The notes beneath the pieces are model-generated. The model saw only the letters and a list, made by a program, of their open reading frames with translations. It had not been told where the DNA came from and made no database searches. A stretch of 40,482 nucleotides of DNA from Pelomyxa schiedti (lineage: Eukaryota > Protista > Evosea): the NCBI GenBank assembly GCA_020536535.1, contig JAHLWZ010000770.1, positions 1 through 40,482 on the forward strand, written 5' to 3'. Both the position numbers and the translations under genes were made by a program. Shown here in pieces: positions 32,887-40,482 of the stretch. Within the stretch, counting starts at the first letter, position 1; the number at the start of each line of letters is the position of its first letter.

Positions 32887-34782
32887 CTATGGATCAGTTG
32901 GAGTGCTGTTATCCTCTGTTCTGTTTTTTTTCCTCTGTGGTTCAGTTGGGCAGCATTCTAGTGCTCCACTAGTGTTATCAATGGCCAGTTCTGATTCTGT
33001 ACCAGTGGATGTGGATGTGGATGTGGATGTGGATGTGGATGTGGATGTGGATGTGGATGTGGATGTGGATGTGGATGTGGATGTGGATGTGGATGTGGAT
33101 GTGGATGTGGATGTGGATGTGGATGTGGAAGATGGAGTTGTGGGGGTTGGGGGTGGACACATGGGTGGATAGGTTAGACTGGAAGCCGTGGGTGTGGACT
33201 CAACACCCCAAAGATCACTGTGAAATTATGTAAGAACAAAAGGGAGTTACACAAGATGGTTACCATATTTCTTTGAACGTTTTGAGTCGCGCTACAGTTT
33301 GAGAGGTGTGTGCAGCAGACCGGCATGGTTGGTATCTACAGACTTGCAGGAGTGTATATTTGGAGAGCCCAAAAATCTCTTTATCATAATATTTGACGCA
33401 CTATACAGAGTTTAGGTTTGCCTACGCCTTACCCCCACGCCAATCAGTACTCATAGTTGGTCACGCACAATACGCAGGTAATGCTTTATGCTTTCATCCA
33501 ATGTTTGTTTCACAGGACAGAAAATTCCAAGGTCACTTAGTACACCTCTGGCAATCATTGCTGACCGCACCCCTTTTGAGTTTGTGTGAACACAAGATGA
33601 AGATAATAAGGCAGAAGAACCAGTGGCTTGCTTCAATTTCTCAATGTCTTCACGTGTCTCTATCCCACCATTTCCAACAATTGGATAATGTGGATCCACT
33701 AGCTTTCGCACGGCAGCAAGTTCCTTCCAACGGGCCTTTACATTGGGCTTGTCACTCGGGTATCTTTTTCAGATGTCAAAAGAATTATCACTTTTTTTTG
33801 AGAACCTTGCATGAACTGCCACAGCAGAAGCACCAGCAGCTCGTAACATGTTAATGTACTCAGCTGTTTTTTCTGGGGTTTCCTGAAGCCTTATTTTACA
33901 TGTTACAGGCTTTGGCTGTGCTCGCACAAGAGCGCCAATTATCTGAAAACTGGTAAAAATAAACACAGAAAAAGTGTGCCACTTCTTGTATGGTTTCCTT
34001 GTTCTCCGCAAGTGCAGCTCCCATTCCTAGGATTACGTGAGTGATGTAAAGTGCAAGCTACTGTAGGTTAAGTGAAAAAAAAAAACGGTACCTCCCTGTA
34101 CTGAGAAGCGCTTTGTGCAACCAAGATTGATATCTTCATTTGCTTGGATCTTGACCATTGATTGGGGAGGGAAACACACCTATAGCGTCAACGTCATTAA
34201 TCCTGCCACCCAGTGAGAAACTCTGATGCAAGAGAGGAGATACATTTTCAATGCAGCCTGCACTGCAGTGCGTGCATTACTTGTGCCAAGCTGAAGTATC
34301 ATAGGGTGGTCCGCTGGGCATGTGCTGAATATTATGGAACCGTCTTTTTCGCAAATGTAGTCAACACGCCCTGGTGGGATGGAGAGTTATATACAATTGG
34401 CTTTGAATAATATTATTCACAGAGGAGAATCAAGGGAGCTCGCGATCACCATTCGGAGATTCAACACGAGTTGTGGTGAGGAGCTTCAAGTCGATGAGCT
34501 CTTCAGAGTACACCAAATTGGCTCCGCACTCTCTCACAAAAATCCTCATTGGCAAATGGCACTAAATCCAACCCATTAGACACCCTCCTTTCCGCAAATA
34601 TGGGAGCAACACCAAACCCCCCCAAAAAAACAAAAAACCATGGGCCAACGCACCACTCTGACCATGGGACCCAGAATCAATCCGCCGGACGTCATCAACC
34701 CCACAACAGAATTCCCCTCCACAACGGCGGGGGTCGACCCACAATTGCATCCTGTACTTGCATCATCCGCAGAGGTACTCAT
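32887..34782 (-). CDS. tRNA-dihydrouridine synthase (DUS2-like) with (ST)n tail
   Basis: LILGPMVRV|CHLPMR, GANLVYSEELIDLKL, ILQLGT, DAIDINLGCTK.FS..GGMGAAL, PVTCKIRL, AVAVHAR, NGG and MIARG. Start may be the later MTSGG. Confidence 0.92.
33005..33129. repeat. (GTGGAT)20 coding microsatellite
   Basis: Perfect hexamer repeat encoding (Ser-Thr)n in the last DUS exon. Confidence 0.98.
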
Positions 34783-34854
34783 CACAACACAACCGACTTC
34801 AACAGAATACTGTTGGAAAAAAAGAATTTCTGCTAACCACAAACGCAATCAGTG

Positions 34855-35152
34855 ATGGACGATGAACGTTTGAAGCTGGACATCTCCACAGAAACAAACG
34901 AGGGTCGAAGATTGAAGTGCTCCAAGTGCCAATCGTACACTGTGACGTTCTATCAATTGCAGTGCGGCTCTGCGGGTTCCACTACGTTTTTTGATAGAGG
35001 TTTTTAAATAAGTTGGTGATACAGATGAGCCTATGACTACCTTCTGCACTTGCGTTAGTTGTGGATTCCGCTGGGTTTTTTTTTTCCTTTTATAAAAAGT
35101 TGGGTTTACGGTCTTATAACAACATAAACAGACATTTTTGCCAAAACGATAG
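34855..35152 (+). CDS. Stand-alone TFIIS C-terminal zinc-ribbon protein (~63 aa)
   Basis: Spliced product MDDERLKLDISTETNEGRRLKCSKCQSYTVTFYQLQCGSA|DEPMTTFCTCVSCGFRW|TFLPKR. Confidence 0.85.
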
Positions 35153-35306
35153 TATGACCTAACGTTCCATTCCCTGTATGCTGCCGTTTCTGGCTCCAAC
35201 ATAGAAGCCTTTTGGACAACCTTTGCACCATAGAAGCTTGGTGACCATCAAAACAAAAGAATTTTTCCGTTCGAGGAGCATTAAAAGAGCTTTATTTCAA
35301 GGATTT

Positions 35307-35941
35307 TTAAATCAGAAGCTTCTCAATTTGTTCCTTGATAGCAGCGATTTGAGTGTTGAGCTGGGATCCTTCGGCTGTTGTTATGACACAAGCAATGACG
35401 CTTCGTGCTACGCCACAGGCTCGGCCAAGCTCAACTTTGTAGGGGACGAAGACATAGGGTACGTTCTTGATAAAAAGGTAAGTGTAAGGTCCGGAAAGGT
35501 GTTTGTTTTTGTTAGTTTGTTGTTGCGGAACCCAGGAGTAAAGTATTATTAACGGTAGTATTGGTACTTAATATTGTTTAGAGAGCTAGGGGATTGGCTA
35601 CCTTGTCCTCACACAAGAGAGGCAAGTGGAGGAGAATTTCGAGGGGCTCGGTGTCAGCGGCCATAATGACGAGCTCGGCAATACCCCTGTTAAGGGCCTT
35701 GGTGGCTTCGTTCGCGCCCTTCCTCAGTTGCTTGTAGTTACCTTCATAAACCAAGTGAATATACGAAGCAAGGGTAAAAACTAGCGCCCGAGACGGCGAT
35801 CGCGATAATTAAGTACGTATAAATTACGGTATTTATTTAGAGCGCACCAGCGAGTTGAATGAGATCTAGGACTTCGTGAGCGAGGGTGTCGCCGCACAGA
35901 GGGTACGCCTTGGGGTTGACTTTCCTGTCGTCTGCTGCCAT
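35307..35941 (-). CDS. SNU13: Snu13/15.5K K-turn-binding protein (L7Ae family), 2 introns
   Basis: [48 protein letters not shown]|NVPYVFV, LGRACGV and IEKLLI*. Confidence 0.97.
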
Positions 35942-36047
35942 TTTTCTTCGGGATCACTAGATTTGATTCTTCACCCGACTCGGTGCTGCCGCTCGTGGTG
36001 TCTGGTCGTGGTTTTGTTTATTTGAAAAATCTCTCTTTCTTTTCGCC

Positions 36048-36192
36048 TATAAAAACCACAATTAATCGGTGCAACTGTGATTTGATCACTCTCTCTGAGA
36101 ATATTCCCCCTCTGGAAGCTGGTCCCCCCAGTCTGCTCTAAATCCTTGGCTCCACTTCTGTAAGAAGAGTACATAGTCTGGTGAACCAAGGA
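36048..36192 (-). ncRNA. Candidate three-hairpin RNA (H/ACA-like or structured leader)
   Basis: Three stems with G-U pairs favouring the - strand, and an AGAGCA (ANANNA) hinge at 36134-36139. Confidence 0.45.
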
Positions 36193-36269
36193 GAAAAGTT
36201 CAAGCAAACTTGAAGCTTTTCGATCGTTCGTTTTATTCTTACAAGTTAAACGTTCCAAGTAACCTGACC

Positions 36270-38501
36270 ATGGCGGCAGACACAACGGCAATCAAGCGGC
36301 TGACGCAAGATCTACGGGAGTTGGCTGAGAACCCCATTGAGAACGTATCGGCTGAGCCTCTGCCTGAAAACATTTTCGAGGTGCAAAACGCCCCTTTGTT
36401 GTGCCCTTGTTCTCACTTTTTTTTTCCTGTCGAAATTGTAGTGGCACTGCAATTTTGCACAGAGTGGCGGCACTTATCACTTAGTTCTATATTTCCCACC
36501 TAACTATCCTGCAAAAAGTCCAAGGTTTGTTTTCTTTTTTTTTTTTCCCTTGGGTGCAAACAAATTTTTTCTTACTTGCCTCAGTGCTGAATTTGTTCCT
36601 TCATTCTCGTTCTCTGGGGGAGCAACCAAGACAGGCCCGAAGGGAGGCACTCAAGTGTGCCTTAGTATTTTCAGTGACTTTGCAATGTAGAGGCTCCCAC
36701 TTTTTTCCCTTTTTCTCCTCATTTGGCCTATGAAGATACCATACTGAATGGGCAAACGAAAAAGGAACTGGTTGGTCTCCTTCGTACACTGTTCAGACTG
36801 TCCTTCTTAACTTGGTTTCTTTTATTAATGAGCGCTCTTCATCTGGGAGTGAGGATCATAACCTTTACGCATTTTTTTAATGCATGAAAAAGATGCTGCA
36901 CTTGCCCAAGCGTTTGTGTGCAAGGACTGTGGACACAGTCATGCATCCCCTAAACCACCTCTTCCAACTGCTGAAGAACTTCAGGCAGCTACCAAAAGAA
37001 CTGCTGCTAAAGCAGCTACAGCAGTTACAGCAACTGCTACAACAGCATCAGCTTCCACAAATTCAGCAGTCTCTGAGTTTATCAAGTGCTATGTTTCGAA
37101 GGTGGAGTTTCTCTCTGCTCCACCTGCAACAGTTTTTGGTTTTGGTATAAACAAGTAGAGTATCATGGACTATACCACAATTTTTACTCTTTAAAAGGTC
37201 AGGGACTCCCTATAACCCTAGTCTGACGTCTCCCTGTGAATTTATGACATATGACAGTTTTCAGTAAGAAACTAGCCCCCTGCCTCTTCTAATCTCTTTC
37301 AGAATGCTTAAGGCGTCGGGACGGGTGGAGAGTGTAATGCGTGAAGAATTACACTTTTTTATTCCCCAATATATCAATGCTGCACACGGTGCTACAATTG
37401 CTCCTCTTTTTGAGGTCTTTTCTTGTATTACATTTAGGCATTTTTACTGAATTACTGAAGGCCGCTTGTGTAAGTATAACCGGATCTCCGAAGTTTACGG
37501 CCCAATTGGTCCTGCAGGTTTCAGTTAGCCACTAATTCCATCCTTCTAAGGAATCTAAAGGTTCTTCCAAAATTGATGAATTCTTCTGTGGTTGCATTCA
37601 TGAATGGAACTACATTTACTTCTGAACGTGCTCTGCATGGTTACTTCTTTTTCCACAGGTTATTCTTGTGGGCGGTATATGAGAAATACCCAGAGCTATT
37701 GCCTCTTGTCACCCAAGCTGTTTCAGACTTCGTTTCTAACCCAGCAATGGTTAAATCTACAAAGCTCGACCTAATTTGGTTAGACTCACTGGAAACTGTT
37801 TGCAGCGACTCAAGTCGAATTGCCCAAATCTGGGGGAGTGGCTAACCTACTTAACCGTTGTCAATGACCCCGCCCTGCAGTGGAAGAATATTTGTCAGCC
37901 AGTTATCCAAGAGACATTTGAGAGGTAATATTGCCTCGGAGAGTGACAAATTAACAACAAACCAAAGAAATGTAATGTGGTATGTTGCCACCAACCCTCA
38001 ACTAGCCGATACCAACAATGCAACGGTAAGCTTTCTCAAATCTTTTGAGGGTGGTTTTTGTAACACATTTAAAAACTAACCACTAACCTGCAGGTGAACG
38101 CAAACCGCGTTGGCGTTACCTTCGGAGCTACAAAAGTGAGCCGCGACCTTATGGCCTTCCAGACCCGCTTTCTCGATGTTGCCAAGCCGGCTTCCATGCA
38201 GCCTCAGCAAATTGCCGCCCGGTATGATGCCAACTACGGTCTGCCTACAGCAGAAATGCAACAAGGCATGCAAGCCGTTTGCGCAAAGATCAAGTCAGTC
38301 AGCAACTACAACGAGTGGTTCTCAGTGATCCAAGCACCCTCACCAAAGAACCTCTGTGCCGTGCTTTGTGAGTCTGTGACAAGTTCTATGAGCAAACCAG
38401 GGTACACAAAGACAGGCAAAGGTGGCAGGGGTGGTGGAGGGAACAATAACAACCAAGGAGGAGGGCGTGGAAGAGGAAGGGGAAGGGGCAGAGGAAACTG
38501 A
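36270..38501 (+). CDS. Large atypical ubiquitin-conjugating (E2) domain protein with RGG tail
   Basis: AIKRLTQDLREL, AEPLPENIFE|WHCN, FPPNYP, VCLSIF and GWSPSYTVQTVLLNL, followed by CKDCGH, SERALHGYFFFHRLF and a GRGRGRG terminus. Confidence 0.88.
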
Positions 38502-38608
38502 CACATTTGTCTGTTATCACAAGAGAAATGAAAGGAAGTCTATGTGTTTGGTTTGTTTTGTTTTGGGTGGTACAAGTTGTGGTACAAGGTAATACACTTT
38601 TATTGCTT

Positions 38609-40238
38609 TTAAAAATCCCATGGGGATGTTATGTCTCTCCGCGTGTCTATTGCAGTGTACAAGTCACGGAATTTCTTTGGTGTCATTGTGATGGCACTCA
38701 CATTTTCAAAGAGTACATCCTCTTGTATGTCCTTCAACACTACTTAGAAACTTGAAGGGAGGTATGAGAAAGTACCTGAGGAAGGCAGGTCAGCAAAGAT
38801 ACACAGGATTCAAATGGGGCGTGCTGCAAAATCTCTTGGTACATTCGCATTACGCCTAGTGGATTATAAGGATGTCAGGTAGTGTTTCCTTCTGTTTGTA
38901 CCAAGAATTACGCGGAAAATAAATGACTCTCCCTCCAACATATATACATCCCACACTCTTACTGCAACATCGAGAGGGAGGGCCTTACTGAAGATTGTCA
39001 AAACCCTACATCAGTGTGAGCATGTACTTTTTTTGTGTGGGATTACCAGTCCAGGAGAAACATTTTCGGAGACACTCCTTTTTCAACAAAATTCTTGTGA
39101 ATTCTTGGAAGGAATTGCTTCATCGCCTCTTCTAAGGTTCTTAAATAAATATTCATCTAATAGTAACTTAATCGTGAGTGCTTGCGAAACCCATCATACT
39201 TTGGGTATATCAAAGCAGTAGAAGCAGAAATAACAAGGCCGATTTAATATATTTGCCATACAAGTAAAGGCGTCTGGGGCGTCCATATTAAGGAGTAAAA
39301 TTGCAGCAAGATAGGACATTCCCTGCACCTGAACGCAATGTGAGACAAAGGATAAACATTCGGCAAGTAAGAAGAAATAATTAATAATAAAAAATACTCA
39401 CATAGCCGACATCGGGCCTGTAGCACACAAACGCTTCTAATACTTCTTGTATGCTTTGTCGTAGAGGACCGCCTTCCTGTGGTCTTAGTTAATCGGTTGA
39501 AGGGACAAGAGATGGCGCACTGCAAAAAAGTTCAATCCAGCAAATGTTCGTGGCAAATCCACTGGAATGAGCTGAAGGGGTGAGTAAAAGAAAGTACTGT
39601 AAAAACAGCACAAGTACCTTGACTGAACCAGTTTTTCCAATTGGATTGCCCCCAATTTCTGCAGTATGAGAGTCGGTAATCATTTTCTTGGCATGTGTTG
39701 CCTCTTTCACAAGAATGTTGAATAAATCTGAAAGGTTTTTAAAAAGGGGAAAAGCAGAATAAAGCATACCATGAGTTATGTGTTGTGGGTTCCCTAGAGC
39801 CAGTAACCACAGCCTTCCCCTCACAGGAGAAGGCAGACCCTCCCACCACAAGTCGCGAATAGCCTTCTGTTGTAAACTAGAGTTGGGTCACACAGTTGCA
39901 ATGAGGGAAAAGGAAAAGAGTAAATCGAGATTTTCTCGCAGCACTCACGTTGTTGCAGTGTCCCAGGTGCGTATTATTTCTTTCCACTTCACCAACGACG
40001 ATTTTATCCTCGCCTCCCGCGCAGCTCGCGCCGCCATAACAGCAGGAGGCACACTCGGCGTAACGTCCAGCACAGTCGTTGGTGACGTGACAACCCCCGA
40101 TGCTGGCGCAGCGCCGCCGGTCGTCGAAGTTGCAGAACTTGGAGACGATGCAGCGGAGGCAGATCCAGTGGACGGCGTTGTCGTAGATGTCGCCGTTGTT
40201 GTGCTACTACTCGCGGTACTACTTTTACCTTTGCGCAT
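38609..40238 (-). CDS. TBC-domain Rab GTPase-activating protein (TBC1D12/14-like)
   Basis: LWWEGLPSPVRGRLW, IPVDLPRTF, YRPDVGY|VQGMSYLAA, MFLLDW and LPLDVAVRVWD. Confidence 0.93.
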
Positions 40239-40482
40239 GGCCACAGTTCGTTTCCTTTTTTTTTTTTTTTGATTTTGAAAAAATAAACGAAACGATCGTT
40301 GACACAGATCTCTTAAAACGTATTAACAGATTTTGACAAGCCGGCAATTTGTGGTGTTAATTATTGGACGTTTCAGTCAAAAAACGGGCAAACCAATGAA
40401 AAACCAAATGAAATCAACACAACCATTTTTTTTCGCTCAAATGGATTCCTTTTTCCGCCTAATGGATGTCTTTTTCGGCTCA

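Noticed and set aside
32828-33233. ORFs with (VD)n, (MW)n and (HI)n
   Set aside because: Alternative frames of the hexamer repeat. The real frame is (ST)n in DUS.
35466-35847. SNU13 introns (136 and 106 nt) as snoRNA hosts
   Set aside because: Longer than typical here, but no RUGAUGA/CUGA pair or convincing H/ACA fold was found.
1-40482. CRISPR array, tRNA, rRNA or prokaryotic operon/defence system
   Set aside because: No repeat-spacer array, cloverleaf or rRNA motifs were seen. Even the bacterial-type genes carry spliceosomal introns.

Overview
Eukaryotic, gene-dense and intron-rich protist DNA. Introns are mostly 40-60 nt GT-AG with weak donors, and there is a 100-N scaffold gap. The style resembles an amoebozoan/archamoeba such as Pelomyxa, but that is inference only. 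The six-frame ORF track is mostly misleading because the genes are spliced. I reconstructed about 18 spliced genes by hand: DERA, two THUMP copies, two ADP-ribosylglycohydrolase copies (one cut by the gap), a low-complexity protein, a bacterial-type glucokinase, a GxGYxYP protein, two membrane proteins, a RING/TRAF-pentapeptide-SPRY protein, a PH protein, a FANCA-like protein, DUS, a stand-alone TFIIS zinc ribbon, SNU13, an atypical E2 and a TBC RabGAP. A decayed block (3775-9450) holds a P-element-like transposase relic plus calpain and EEP pseudogenes. Most notable: (1) an apparent full-length FANCA homologue in a protist; (2) a 66-nt duplicated cassette exon whose two flanking introns are inverted copies of each other; (3) two unassigned multi-helix RNA candidates (20384-20627 + and 36048-36192 -); (4) CpG-transition and CpG-island patterns implying 5mC; (5) a ~63-aa mini-TFIIS; (6) several probable GC-AG introns. 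Homologies were judged by eye against remembered sequences, and no searches were run.
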